Source: Utricularia gibba
Lineage: Eukaryota; Plantae; Magnoliophyta
NCBI GenBank assembly: GCA_002189035.1
Contig: NEEC01000002.1
Span: 992,001-1,056,000 of the forward strand
DNA length: 64,000 bases
Direction of reading: 5' to 3'
Positions 1 to 13,265 of this stretch are shown here, piece by piece (within the stretch, counting starts at the first letter, position 1; every line of letters starts with the position of its first letter). The notes beneath the pieces were generated by a model. It was given only the letters and a program-made list of their open reading frames with translations. It did no database searches and was not told the origin of the DNA. The position numbers and the translations under genes are program-made.

Positions 1-1
1 G

Positions 2-2122
2 TATTTTGAACCATGCAATGCGGCGAAACCGTGGCTCGGTGTTTCCTGTCTTCGCAACAGAGTCGCCTATTTGGTGCTGGAGAACTTGAATCTTCGCGGC
101 GCTTTGCCAATTTCGCTGGCCTCGTTGAGAGAACTTCGAGTTATCAGTCTCAAGAACAATGGGTTTTCGGGTCGGATTCCAGATCTATCTCCTCTCACAA
201 ATCTCAAACTTTTCTTCATCTCCCACAACCAGTTTTCAGGTGACTTCCCAGCCTCGCTCACCTCGCTCACCAAGATGTACCGTCTTGATCTGTCGTACAA
301 CAACTTCTCCGGCAACATTCCAATGAGCGTGAACGCATTGCTGCATTTGCTGACATTCAGGCTCGAAGGAAATCAGTTCACGGGTTCTATTTCTTTTCTG
401 AGTTTGCCCAATTTGCAGGATTTCAATGTCTCTGGAAATGGGTTTACGGGGAGATACCCGCCTCGCTTTCGGGTTTTCCGGTATCAACGTTTTGGAATAA
501 CCCCAATCTTTGTGGGCCGCCGCTGGCGGCGCAGTGTGCGGTGCTTTCTTCAAGTCCGACGAATCCCGGTCGCGCAATGGCGTCCCCATTGAACCTGACT
601 TCAACCGTAACGTCTTCTCCGATCACAATGCCAGGGGTGATCGGTGGGCCGGCGAAACCCCTAGATATCCACCGGGGTAAAATCAGTTCATTAGCTCTCA
701 TTTTCATAATAATTGGGGATGTTATCATTCTGGGCATGGTTTCTACGCTTCTATATTGGTATTTCTGGAGCAACTATTCTAGCAAGGTAATATCTGGGAA
801 GAATGGAAGTTCCCATGTGGAGAAGATTGTGTATTCGTCGAATCCGTACTCGTACCCCACGCAATCTGCATCCGATCAAAGAGGCAAGATCGTATTCTTC
901 GATGGCGAACGGCGGTTTGAATTGGAGGATCTGTTAAGAGCCTCCGCTGAAATGCTCGGAAAAGGCGGATTTGGGACTACGTATAAGGCGATGTTGGAGG
1001 GTGGGGTTGTGGTGGCGGTCAAGAGATTGAAGGATCTGAATGGGATTTCGAAGAAAGAATTTGAGCAGCAAATGGAGATCTTGGGAAGATTAAGACACCC
1101 CAATTTGATCACCTTAAAAGCATACTACTTTGCAGGAGATGAGAAGCTCTTAGTTCTTGATCATATGGCTTGTGGCAGCCTGTTTTGGCTGCTTCATGGT
1201 ACTTCAATTCTTGCTACTTTTCATGTTAATTTCTTCTTAGTTCAAGCCAACAACGCACATCCTTCTGCTAGTGGATGCTTCTTTTTCATATCCTTTCTGC
1301 AGTTAGTTCTTGTTTATGCAGAGATAGTGGATGCTTCTTTTTGACTGCTTCACGGAACACCATCCTGTGTTTACTGCTTTTTCATTTTCAGTTTCTTGTT
1401 ATTGTGAAGTGCAGCTTTAATCTCCCGACTTTCGGTTGTCTTTGGAAGTGCCTGAAATTGTGGGAATATTGACAGGAAACAGAGGACCTGGCAGAACTCC
1501 ACTGGATTGGACTTCAAGGTTCAAGATCGCAGCAGGAGCAGCTCGTGGACTGGCATTCATCCACAGTTCCTGCAAATCCCTTCGTCTCATCCATGGCAAC
1601 ATCAAATCAACCAACATACTCATCGACGACGATGGAAACCCGAAGATATCCGATTTCGGCTTGTTGGCATTCGCATCACCGAAGTCCAACGGCTACCGAG
1701 CACCCGAAGCATATGTCGACACCAGAAAACTAACCCAAAAGTCCGATGTTTACTCCTTCGGGGTCCTTTTACTGGAACTGCTGACCGGAAAATGCCCCCT
1801 TTCCATGGACAACAGCAGCAATGAGACAGGGACCCTCGACTTGCCGCGGTGGGTGCAGTCCGTGGTGAGGGAGGAGTGGACTGCGGAGGTGTTCGATTTG
1901 GAGCTGATGAGGTACCGTGACGTGGAGGAAGAGATGGTGGGGATGCTGCAAATAGCCATGTCCTGCACTCAGAACTCGCCGGAGGAGAGGCCAAAAATGA
2001 ACCACGTTGTGAAGATGATTCATGAGCTCCGCGGCTACGACGATTCCCAGTCTCACGGATCAGCTGAGACGGCGTCGGATTCCATCTCGTTGCCGGAAGA
2101 CGCTTGCCGAGCCAGTGAGTGA
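2..2122 (+). CDS. LRR receptor-like kinase, LRR-III atypical type (At1g68400-like); 5' end outside the window; one apparent frameshift near 448-451
   Basis: LRRs (LxxLxLSxNxFSG) in ORF 71-592, TM segment [26 protein letters not shown], kinase with [25 protein letters not shown] and HGNIKSTN (HGN replaces HRD, typical of LRR-III). GT-AG intron 1199-1475. Adding one G at 448-451 restores [13 protein letters not shown]...NNPNLCG and joins the two ORFs. Confidence 0.9.
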
Positions 2123-3121
2123 GTAGACTTGCTTGCCGTCTGTATCTTCTTCTTCCTTCTTAGAGTAGGAGAAGACATCGTATGCGTCTGTGTTGGTTGC
2201 ATTACATTTGGGGTGTAGTTGCAATAATGCTATTTTAGTGTGGTTCAACTTCGCAAGTCCACTGGTCTAAAATAATAATAAATAAAAGTAGAGGGTATGA
2301 AAAGCGACATATTTACTCCATCCGCGAGTTGTACCAACGGCCCAATTGAGCTAGCCCAAGGATAAACAGGCAAGATTAAAGCCCATGTTGTGAAAAGTGG
2401 GCCCCAACAAAATTGCATGCCCCATTGCAATTTCAATAATATTATCATCTTAAAAACAAACAAGGAATTATATTTGGATATTTTTAATCTAAATTTAAAA
2501 AATAAAAATTCAAAATTTTCGAGAAATGATTCGATAAAATTTTTATAAAATATTATACAAACTGACTTGAAATTAATGAAAAATTATATATGAATAAAAG
2601 AAAGTAATAAATTAAGTATAATGACTATATAAATTTTATATGAAACTTTTTATTGAGCAAGGTGAAGTATTTTTTATATGAACTCAAAAATTAAGTATGT
2701 TTAATGTAGGATAATTTAAAGACGGATGATCACTTAGGAACCTCTTAATCATGATTTGAGGTAATTTCAATATTGATGATTGTATATAAAGATTGTAATT
2801 AAAAAAAAAAAACATAATATCGTGGATGATCACATATTCGAAACATATAATATCATACAACACAACGGTGTCGTGACATGGATGACAATGAAAGTCATGC
2901 ATTGAGAACTTTCTAGAATAAGATAACCTGCATTGCATTGCATCGTTATTGCTTAACCCAGTCTGAGAAGTCTCGTGTAAGTCTCCGGTGAACGAGGTCT
3001 TGGTCTCGGTCGTCTCCGCGTTAGACCTCGTCAACGTCTCCACCATTGCCCCAACCAAGATAAGAGGAAGGTAGCGCATTCTCAAAATTGCACTAAACAA
3101 ACTTGCTCATAGCAATAACAG

Positions 3122-5340
3122 ATGGGTTCGGCAACGGAAGGGCCGTCGGCTCCTCAGTCGAGGAGGGATCCATACGAGGTGCTGGGCGTGTCTAGGGATG
3201 CGTCTGATAATGATATTAAGGCCGCCTATAAAAGTCTTGCTTTCAAGTGAGTTAATCATTACACAACATTGCAATTTTTGTCTATTTCCCATCCCGATTG
3301 GCTGTTGTTTCATGTGTACATATTCCATGCGGCCACCATTTGGGTGCTGGGATTTATGTTCTTTCATTGATTGGCAGGTACCACCCAGACAGGAATCCTG
3401 GCGATCCGAAAGCTTCAGAGCTTTTCAAGGAGGTGGCATACTCGTATGGCATTCTCACTGACGCAGGAAAGCGTCGACAATATGATAACTCGGGATTTGA
3501 GGTAGTACACTGGTTCATCATTTTTGTCCCAATCTGCTGGATGATAATGTTTATTGTTTGCTCAATGGGAAAAAGGCTCTGGATGCTGGGGATGCGGATA
3601 TGGAAGTTGACCCATCAAGTTTTGGACCATTCCAGACCATGGTTGCTGCTTTCTTCAGGTTTTATTTTATCCATGGAATTTTTTCATCTCCTTTTTATCA
3701 CTGACTGTAAGGAGCTAACTTTTTTTTTTTTTAATTTTTTGAAGCAAATTGGGTGTTCCCATCAAGACCAGTGTTTCTGCAAATGTGCTACAAGAGGCTC
3801 AGAGTGGAGCTGTAAAATCTCAATCTCTTCCACTTGGAACTTCACTAAATGATAGGGTATGGTTTATTCTGTTGTTCAGTTTTTCCATCTTGTGCCTTCA
3901 TTCATATGTGTCACATTGGAATCTCTTTTCCCGCAACAAAAAATCAGGTTGAGAAGCAGTCGGCTCGCTTCTACAAGGTAACTATCAGTCAGGAGGAGGC
4001 TGACGCAGGGATTGTGATCAGGGTCACGTCTGCTGGGCAGAGCAAATTTAAGGTCAGTTTTTTTAAATTCAGTTCTATTTCGACAAGCCGACTGGAGCAT
4101 TCTCGTTGTTCAGTGCCCTCCAGGACGACTTCTTTTTTGCTTTTCTAAGACGGATAGAAGATCCTGAAATGCTTTATGTCCATTGCACGTTATGTTCTGT
4201 TACTTAGACTACGTAATTCCTGGTATTCAGCTTCTATACTTCGAGCAAGATGAAAAGGGAGAATACAGCTTAGCCTTACAGGTAAAGACTAATTTTTTCG
4301 GTGGCATTGGAAAGCAAGTAGTTGCCTTTCGTCTCAGAAAGTTGCATTGGTTTCTCCATGTACAGGAAGACAGTGAGAAGACAGGCAGGGTTACTACTGC
4401 TGTACTGTATTTCTTGCATTTCCAAGTCTACAGAATAGTAAACACGGTATGTGATTTCTCTCTTCTTTCCCCTGGATCACGATCCAATTTCATACATTTG
4501 TATTTGATCAACATCTGCATCCATCGGTGTTATAGTTGGCAGTGGACCAAGACACAGAAGCTGCTTTCTTCAAAACATTAGAAGGGCTTCGACCCTGCGA
4601 GGTGTCAGAGCTGAAGGCTGGAACTCATGTGTTCGCTGTTTATGGTTAGATTTGTCTTGATACATTCCTTGTTTGTTGTCTATGAAATGACAGCAAGTTC
4701 CTGAAGTGACTCATTGTCTACATTTGAATAAACAGGAGACAACTTCTACAACGCTACTTCATACACAATCGAGGCCCTTTGTGCAGAGACATTTCAGGAT
4801 ACTTCTCGTAGACTCGAGGACCTTGAAGCTCAGATTGTTAGCAAGAGAAGTGAGTTACGCCAGTTTGAAACAGAATATAGGAAGGTAAACATCATCCTCC
4901 TGCTGCACATGTTAGAGCATGCGTCGTTTGCCGGTCATTTAATATGGCCTGTGTCTCCTCCTTCTTTCAAGGCAATGGCAAAATACGAAGAAGTGACCAA
5001 GAGATACGCTCAGGAAAAGAAGTCTGTAAGTCTATTTTTTTGCTGAAACATGATTTTATGGACACTGGATCAGCAAATATGAGTGGAACACTTTTTGAGA
5101 AATCAAAGGAACATATTTTGCTAATCCTGATTCTCGTTATCCCTCGAACAGGTTGATGAGCTGCTGAAACAGCGAGATACCGTCCGCTCATCATTTACAC
5201 TTGCAAGATCAGTTTCTGTTCAGAGTGGAATTGGAACAAGCAACAGAATCTCCTTTAAGGAGCATAGACCCCACATCCCTGGAGGAGAGGCCACCTCACA
5301 CTCAAAGGACATGCCCAAGAAGAAATCTCTGCGGCTTTAA
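3122..5340 (+). CDS. ARG1: J-domain chaperone, ARG1/ARL (DnaJ 15/16) family, multi-exon
   Basis: Spliced translation [24 protein letters not shown]...YHPDRN (HPD motif)...[15 protein letters not shown]...SKFKLLYFEQ...YFLHFQVYR...[23 protein letters not shown]...[11 protein letters not shown]...VDELLKQRD matches ARG1 as I recall it. All exon joins are GT-AG and in frame; stop at 5338-5340. Confidence 0.88.
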
Positions 5341-5660
5341 ATGGTAAGTCTTCATTTGATGCTAAGCTGCGCTAAGGAGCATACCTTATTGGCATTTCCC
5401 TGCTGTTTGCTGTTGGTTTATCTTGTAGCTCTAGTTTCAGTTGTACGTATGTAATAAATGTGTGAACAATATATATTTGTCACTCCTTTGGACACCACAG
5501 CTTCCATCTTCTTTCCTTCATTCTGCCCCGGGAGAGTTCTTTGCAACTAAACGTGGTAATTAACTGCTTCAATTCCCACATCTGGGAAGATGAGTGAAAA
5601 TGGCACATCCCCATCCATGGGAAGGAGGACCAACCCACTTCTCCGTCCCTGTCTGAGCAC

Positions 5661-5790
5661 AGGCACCTCAAACAAGGTTGGTTGGGATGTGTCTTGTCCC
5701 GAGTAAAGGCACTTCAAGTAAGGCTAGTTGGGATGCCTCTGTCTTGAGTAAAGGCGCCGCAAATGAGGTTGGTTGAGCCCAGGGGATGGC
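5661..5790. repeat. Degenerate ~45-bp tandem repeat (about 2.5 copies), possibly part of a TE remnant
   Basis: Units aggcacctcaaacaaggttggttgggatgtgtcttgtcccgagtaa / aggcacttcaagtaaggctagttgggatgcctctgtcttgagtaa / aggcgccgcaaatgaggttggttg. Confidence 0.45.
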
Positions 5791-7188
5791 GTCGGAGTCC
5801 TTTAGCAAGAGTCAAAAACGAACTCCACTAAAGTCCCATAACTCTCTGCTATCCCTCTGGTTTTCCGGCCACCAAGCCACACGAACTGGGAAAACATGAA
5901 CGTTGGATAGCTCTGTATATGATTATTTTCAGGGATTGACGTCACTGACAACAGATCCTTACTCCGTAGTTGTGGGCATCGTCAGCGTGGACTGAGGACC
6001 CAAACCTCATCACAGGTTTTCTTGCATCAAAAAGTAATAACTTTCCACATTCTCGTTTTAACTTGTGAGGATATGAAAACTATTTTAATAAAGTAATATT
6101 TTGAAAAAAAATATTTGGACGATAAATTGAAAATGAGATGGGAAATCTTTTTTTAGAATTCTCTTTTTGTAAAAATGAGCGTACCCTTTTTTAAAAAAAT
6201 TAAAAATATTAAACAAATTCAATCCTAGAATATCTAATTCAATAAAATTCTAAAAAATATAGAACAAATTTTATTTTCTACTAAACCCACCGTGATGGCC
6301 GTCGGACGGTGGATCGAAAAAAATAGGAATTAATTTTATTAAATTATAAATTAATAGAGATAAAATGTAATTAATTTTTAAATATTATATATCAATTAGA
6401 ATTGGTATTTAAAATATGATGATAAAAATAATAAAAATAAAAAATAATAAAAATGGAATATGGCGAATACATTAAAATGTGGGAACTAAATATTTCTAAT
6501 CCGCCAAAATGTGGAAATTAATTATATTATTTTTATTAAATATGGTAGATTAATCGTATCAATTTTAAAAATAATTGAAATGCATGGGGTCGGGTGCCCT
6601 ATTTAGCAAACACACAAAATTTTGTACGTGGGACTTGATTCTTTTACAAGATCGTTATTGTTGTTAGAAAAAATTATATTATTTTCTAATTGCAAATAAT
6701 GAATATTCTAGCGTCTTCGAAAAAAAAAGAAATAATAATTTGAAAACAACGAAAAGTGGGATAATCCAAAAATATTTGTAATAAAATTGTGTGTTGAGAT
6801 TCGATTTGAAGCGCATTGTGATTTGGAGCAGGAGGATAAAGGAGTGACGAGTTGGGAATGTCGAGAAAACGAACACGTGGAAAAATGAAGTGCTGGTCAC
6901 CAACTGGAACTCGTTCACTGCAAAAAGTGGGAGTTGATGGTTTTCGTCTTCCCACTGCCGTCCCCCTCATACATTCCGCTGATTCGACTGATCCTTTGAA
7001 CTCGTCTCTTTCACTCAACCCCACCCCACCCCCACCTCCTCTCAGTTTTCACTCCCCAATCATATGACACACAATACGGTGGTGAATTCGAGATGCACGA
7101 CCCCATCCTCTGTATCTTTTACTCAGGCGAGGAGGAGGAGGAGGAGGTGATTCCGATGTGTATCTGTAATGATATTATACTCATTCTG

Positions 7189-8192
7189 CTAAAAAGAAAC
7201 ATTTTTGTACTGAGACATGTGTATATCTACGGATCCATCGGAGTCCCAGAAGCTGCTGCTGCTCCTCCCTAGCTCCTCCGCCAGCCAGTCAATCTCCTCC
7301 ACTTCGCATCCTGGAAAACCAGGATTGGTCTCCAGCAGTTGCAGATCGCCCCACCTTTCTTCTCCTTCTTTCTCATTTGACACCTGAAGGAACTGGTTCT
7401 CGTTGCTCTGTGTCTCGGGAGCTGAGAGATACGCGCTTTTTACTGAGTAGCTGCTGTCCGAATGATCGTTGTCTACGAACAGCGGCGGTTGGGAAGCAGG
7501 GCTGATAGTGAGACTACTGGCGTTCTTCAGATCCTCGGGTTCTGAAAAGGGGGGAGGAGCAGCCGCAGAGTAAATATCGTGACTCTGATTCTGCTCCATC
7601 TTCTCCCGCAGCCTCGGCATCCAATACAGACGAAGCGTTTCCAGAAACTTGGTACTATTGGAATCAACCTTGAGCTGGCGAGCCTGTTTCTGGACACGGG
7701 TTCGCCAGTAGTTCTTGATCTCGTTATCGGTTCTTCCCGGTAAATGTTGCGCAATTTTAGACCACCTACGCTTTCCCAAACTCACTTATTAGGAATCTCT
7801 TTTCCCTGTCAAGAGCGAATCATGTAAAGAACTGGATTCACTTCACCTGTTCCCCCATTTGGAATGAAGCTCCAAAATCAGAAGCTGCTCGTGATGGCTC
7901 AGATTCCCACGTTTTATATCCGGCTTCAAGTAATTCAGCCATCTCAATCTGCAGCTCTTCCCCGTTCTCCTCAGCTCTGCAACACAACCAAATCAAACAA
8001 GAAAGTGAACGAAAAGCGCAGTTTGATCTAACTCATGACAGCTCCCTCCTTACTCGCGAGTTTTGCTAACGTGTTCCATCTCCCTTCGCCGTAGGACCCT
8101 ATGAACTGAGTCAGAAGATTGTCTTCTTCAAGAGTCCATGGCCCCCGCCGCAGATCACCTCCCTCGCCGTCGCTCTTCCAATCGGACCCCAT
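7189..8192 (-). CDS. MYB62: R2R3-MYB transcription factor, subgroup 20 (MYB62/MYB116-like)
   Basis: Exons 8192-8054, 7976-7847 (canonical 130-nt exon 2) and 7765-7189. Translation [24 protein letters not shown]...[16 protein letters not shown]...[32 protein letters not shown]...YWMPRL. Confidence 0.9.
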
Positions 8193-11100
8193 GTTCCTCA
8201 GTAAACCAAATGGCAGAGGAGCAACATAAAAAAGCTATGTTTCGTGTTGTCGTTTTGGATGCTCTTATATCGACCTCGCTTTCCCATTTACCTGCCACCT
8301 CATCGTCAACAAAAAACTAATTGTGACGTCGTTAACTTAATTTTTATTAAAACTTATTATTTGTATAATTAAATCAGCTTTTTTTAAAATACAATTTGAA
8401 ATTGGTACAAGAATATATATTTTTTATATTACATTTTTATTATTAAATACTCACTTTTAATACTTATGGAAAATTATCTTAAATTTTGATTGACTGAAGA
8501 GTTAGATTTAGAATTCATAACTGATATTTAAATGTAAGTATTAATGAAATAATTTTATTTTTAATACAATATATTATTATATTATATCATTTATTTAGTA
8601 TAAATGTTTTAAATAAAAAAAAGATGTGGACCATTTGAGCTACTCAAATCACAATTTAATCGTTCATTTTAAAAAAATAATAATAAAATTTAATATTTTT
8701 ATTATAAAAATATTTAATTATATTTAAGCCATAATTGAATCATAAATGAATCATTCATGTTTTTTATATTTTAAAACGATTCGAATTGAACTTAATCGTT
8801 CAACCACAGTTTTTACAACAACACTTAGTATTTCTAAATTTGGAACTACTTATTTTAGAAACAACATAGATCAATATGATGGTGAAAGTCTTTTTTAAAT
8901 ATTTTTTTAGAAAAAAAATTTAAAAATTGTTAATGATCCGGGTTTTGGGCCCACCTTACAAGAGTCCACTACTTTTCATAACGCGGTCCAAAACGGCAAC
9001 GAATGTTTTTTTTTTTTTTTCAAGAAGTATTATCGATTGATTATTTACATTTTAAAAAAGAAAAAGAATCAATGGATGAAAGAAACGTGTTGACTGAGAA
9101 TCAGTACTCTCCGCCCACGTTTCTAATTAAAAGCGCATGTCCTGTTAGTTGAGTGGTTGGTACACGTAGGATCCCAAATTCCAACTCTGTGCTCCTCCCT
9201 TTTTATTCAAAAAAAAGAAAAAAAAATCCACAAATTCCATTCTGGTAATCACCCAGTTCTTCTTCTTCTGTATATATTTATTTATTTAATAATTTTAAAT
9301 AAATAAGTAAATGGGTCAAGGGGGAGGTTCTAGTGAGGTTTTGTTAGCATTTATTGATTCTAGAGTTGTGGAGGGTTGGAGGCCCATTTCACATAAATTG
9401 CTTGTTTGGCTATTAATGCTGCGAGTTGATTTCCAGTCCTTGAATGTTGTCCGAAAACCGGGCGTTGTAATTGTGGAGCGTCGGCAGCCACACACGCCGT
9501 GGACCAACGCCAATTTATTGTACTTTTTTCGTGCATTGTGGATGTCCCATTACTTCAACTCTCCCCAAGCTTACGTGTCCAGGATCAATCCGCTTTGTTC
9601 ACTTGAATTGTAACTTCAATGTATCAGAAGCAAGAGGATCATAATCTACTTGCATCGCCATAGCTTCTGTTGGATGAAATTTTGGAATTTTTGGCGAAGA
9701 TGGGTTGTGGATGAATTAGATTTATGATGAGCCACGTTGTAAAGTAGTGTGCAGGAATGGAGTTTGAAGGAGGAGTGTATGATCTGTGGGTGATGGGTTT
9801 TGATTGGAGTTCGAGAATGGCAGTTGAGTTGTGTAGGAATACTTGTAGATCCGAATCGAATCTGTCTGGTCTGGGGGACAAAGAGGGTACTTGTATCTTT
9901 GATGCGTGTCTGTTTCATCTGGTTTCCATCGGTACCGGAGCCAGTATTGGGTAGCCGTGACTGTCATGTGATGTTCCATTTGGCATTTCGTGGAACACAT
10001 TCCAGGCTCGACTGAAGGGTGTGCAGTCAGTACTCTGCGCATTTACTTGTTTCGGCCTAATTCAATCCAGGGCTTGGGGCCTAACAACACCTGTTGCTTG
10101 AGCTCATACTCAAAAGGTCCTAACTTTGTCTTCTTTGTTCGAAAATGGGAGCTGAGAACCAGGGCCCAAATCTGGTGTGCTAGCAATCGCCATGCTCCAT
10201 TTCTTAAGAGAAGAAAAGTGGTACTGCTCTCATTCATTATGTTAGGAGATAGATGACTTGCAGAAAAGGTTGGACCTCTGCTAAACCACATCTGGTGACA
10301 GAGATGCCAATTCCTCTCAGACAGTAAGAATGCTCTTTCCTAAACCACATCCAAACCAGTTCCATCTGTATATGAATGTGCACTCTACGTGTTCCTGCAA
10401 TCCCACATACATAGTTCCATTTGCTGCTCTTTCCCAAAAAGCATGAATCATGAGCACAAAACCCTTCTCCCTTCACTGCCACGCAGTTCGAGCAATTAAA
10501 AGCAAGGGAGTTTATTACGGAGCACGAGAGGAGCTGGCAAGCAGGCCGCAATCAATAGTCTTCACTCCACCCCGCCGGCCTTGCTCCTCCCCTAGCCCTG
10601 CCCCAGCACCAGCCCACTTTAAACCAATTGTGATCCAAATTTTCGCTTCACCTACTGACTGACACACGTCCGTAGTTAACCTTCCCTTTAAATAGATGCA
10701 GCAGCTGAAGAACCAACATACCATACCATAGCATACCATCGCATGCCCCCCTTCGAATTAATTATCTTTTGCCTGAAAGCAAGCAACTTAAAATAAAAAA
10801 AGGCGTTGTAGTTTTCAAGGATCAGGCCTCGGGATCTCCAGTCCATCTCTGGTGCGCAAATGCAGATATATTTTTTTGTGATAAAAGGTGTGGTGGTGTG
10901 TGTTGCTCCTGCCTGCATGTGTGTGTGATATGATGATACAGGAGTCAGAGACAATTCACATCAGACACAGAGATAGAGACTTGAAGACACAGTGAAGAAG
11001 GTTTCGTGGTCCTGTTCATGCAAGCCAGCATTTCTGGTTCTATCTGCACATTTTTTTTCTTTTTTCATCTTTCCAGTCTGGTGATGGTGAACTCAACGCC

Positions 11101-13265
11101 CCCCGCCAACTGGACCAATTAATAATTATATATCTTTTTTTTTTTTCATTTTTCTTTAATAAAAAACCAGTTACGCCATTGATGGATCATCTTCAGCTTC
11201 ACGATAGAACCCAGCCATAGCCTTTAAAAGCCGCTGTTGATCACGCCTCCCTTTTAATTACCGACCACCTTCCCTTTTAAAATATATTATTATAATTCTC
11301 CTTGTTTAATATTCCAACTTTGTGTTTGTGCGCGTGCGTGCAATTACTAAACATTTCAGAATTAATTTTTTTTATTACATATAAACAAAATATTTTTTTA
11401 AAAAATAAAGACCTAAATAATAACTTACAGAAATTCAACTTATATTAAACTCTTCTTTAAAAGTGTTTTTTTTGCGTCAATGGGGATCAACCATTACTAA
11501 CGCAAGTTTCAATTTGAAACGAGTTTCGAAACGGTATACTTTTGAAATCAAAATTATTGATGTATAGGTAGACCATGGTAAGAAATTTGGTTATCCTATC
11601 TTGTGTGTGATAAAATTGACCATTGTTATTACAAAAATGATTAACTATGTGTGTGAAATAGATTGGAAATATAGCCATTTTGGTAAATGATGGGTGCGCA
11701 TGGTGGCCGCTCCATTGTTGGATGGAGTTTCCATGTCACGTAGTAGAGTGTATGAAAACAGTGGGAGAGAATTAGTTTAGGGTTTAGGAGATGAAAAGGT
11801 GAAGCTGGGAGCAACTATTGCATGCTTTTCTTTAGAATTTTACTAGGAACGTCAGATCTGGATTGCCAAGGCTTCACTCCAAGTCGACACAGAAGAGAGG
11901 GTCACGCCAATCATGGGTTTTTTGAACAGTGGATTCACAGTCCCTCTAGCATTGCAAAACCACATGGAGTTCTCCACTTTCGTGTACTTCAATAATCACA
12001 TTCTCAAAAGAGAAGCCCAGTGAAACAGAGGACACAGTAAAAGGAAGAACGAGGGTGTCTGTAGATCTTGGTTCACCTCTCAGTTCTTACAGTAACTGTA
12101 AAAAAAAAGAACAATAATCTTCCAAGTAATACCGAATGGACAAGAGGAAATGAGCCGGAGATTGCCATCCAAGGAAGAGAGTTCGCAGTGTCATATGTTA
12201 CTACACAATGGAAACTGATTGTCTGATGTCCGATCCCGGGAGCTCATTAGTTGTAAAGCCAGTCCATGAGCATTTTTGCCATCGACTGTGTCATGTTCTA
12301 CAGTGTAATAATGATATTTAGGTCACTATTACATCAACAAAATTGTGTGGGAAGGCAGGATCTGAGGCGGAGGCTAGATCGAGATGGGAATTGAATATAC
12401 ACTGCAAAATTCAGAAAAAGAAAAAATAAAAAAAAGTGACGCAATAAAGTTGTGGTATGCACTGTGCAGACAGGGTTTTGGTTTTTCCATGATTAGGGCA
12501 CTGAAATACGAGAAGGAAATAAGGAAGATCCGAAGACTCATACAAAATCCAACTCACCATCAACAGTGTCCTAGCCTGAGAACCAGAGGGAAAGACGAAG
12601 TCTAGGTTCAGACAAGGCAGCTACCCCCCTATCGCTTTTATTTTCAAACCTTGAGCGAGCGAGCATGGGAAATGAATCCAGGGTTTCGATTTGATTAGAT
12701 GATGAAAGGAAAGGGGGGATTCCGACAAGGAAAGACAAAAATTGGGGTGCAGAAATTCAGATGTGTGAATGTGAGAGGTCGAGTTTGTACAGGGGACCCT
12801 TCTTCGCTTCTGCACATCCTCCCTCCCTTTTCTTTTTCCTTCAAAAAATCCAGGTTTTTGTCATTTTCGTTAGGATCCCATCTTTCTGCTTGCTGCATTC
12901 TTGACAATGCCTTGTCGATTCCAACAATTACTACCTTCACACAACACAAAACCCACAAGAAAAAAAAAAAAAAGAGAAAAAGAGAAAAAGCAAGCAAAAT
13001 CCTTTCCAAAATGGATTTCTACAGACATGGCCGACCGGCAGACCTAAGTTAGAAATTCTAGAATTAGAATTAAATACTCTCAAAGTGGATTCCTCTCAGT
13101 CTTTTTGTCACTGTGTAAGATAACCTAAAAAAATTGGATTTTTTTCGTATTATCACATGTTAGAAACAGTTGCTTTTTTCTCTCAAAAGTCAAATGGAGC
13201 AACAAATGAGCTTACAATTTCAAACGTTATTATAAAAAGTAGTGAAAGACAAGATGACAAGTTAA

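Noticed and set aside
2684-3100. 138-aa minus-strand ORF upstream of the DnaJ gene
   Set aside because: Non-ATG start, runs into low-complexity AT-rich sequence and has no recognisable domain.
10850-10866. ggtgcgcaaatgca resembles the reverse complement of miR530
   Set aside because: Only about 9 nt match and there is no complementary hairpin arm nearby.
11885-11905. gacacagaagagagggtcac resembles miR156
   Set aside because: It has insertions and mismatches relative to the mature sequence and no star arm.
9600-13100. Several 60-120 aa ORFs between MYB62 and JAG
   Set aside because: No conserved motifs or coherent exon structure; probably regulatory or noncoding DNA.
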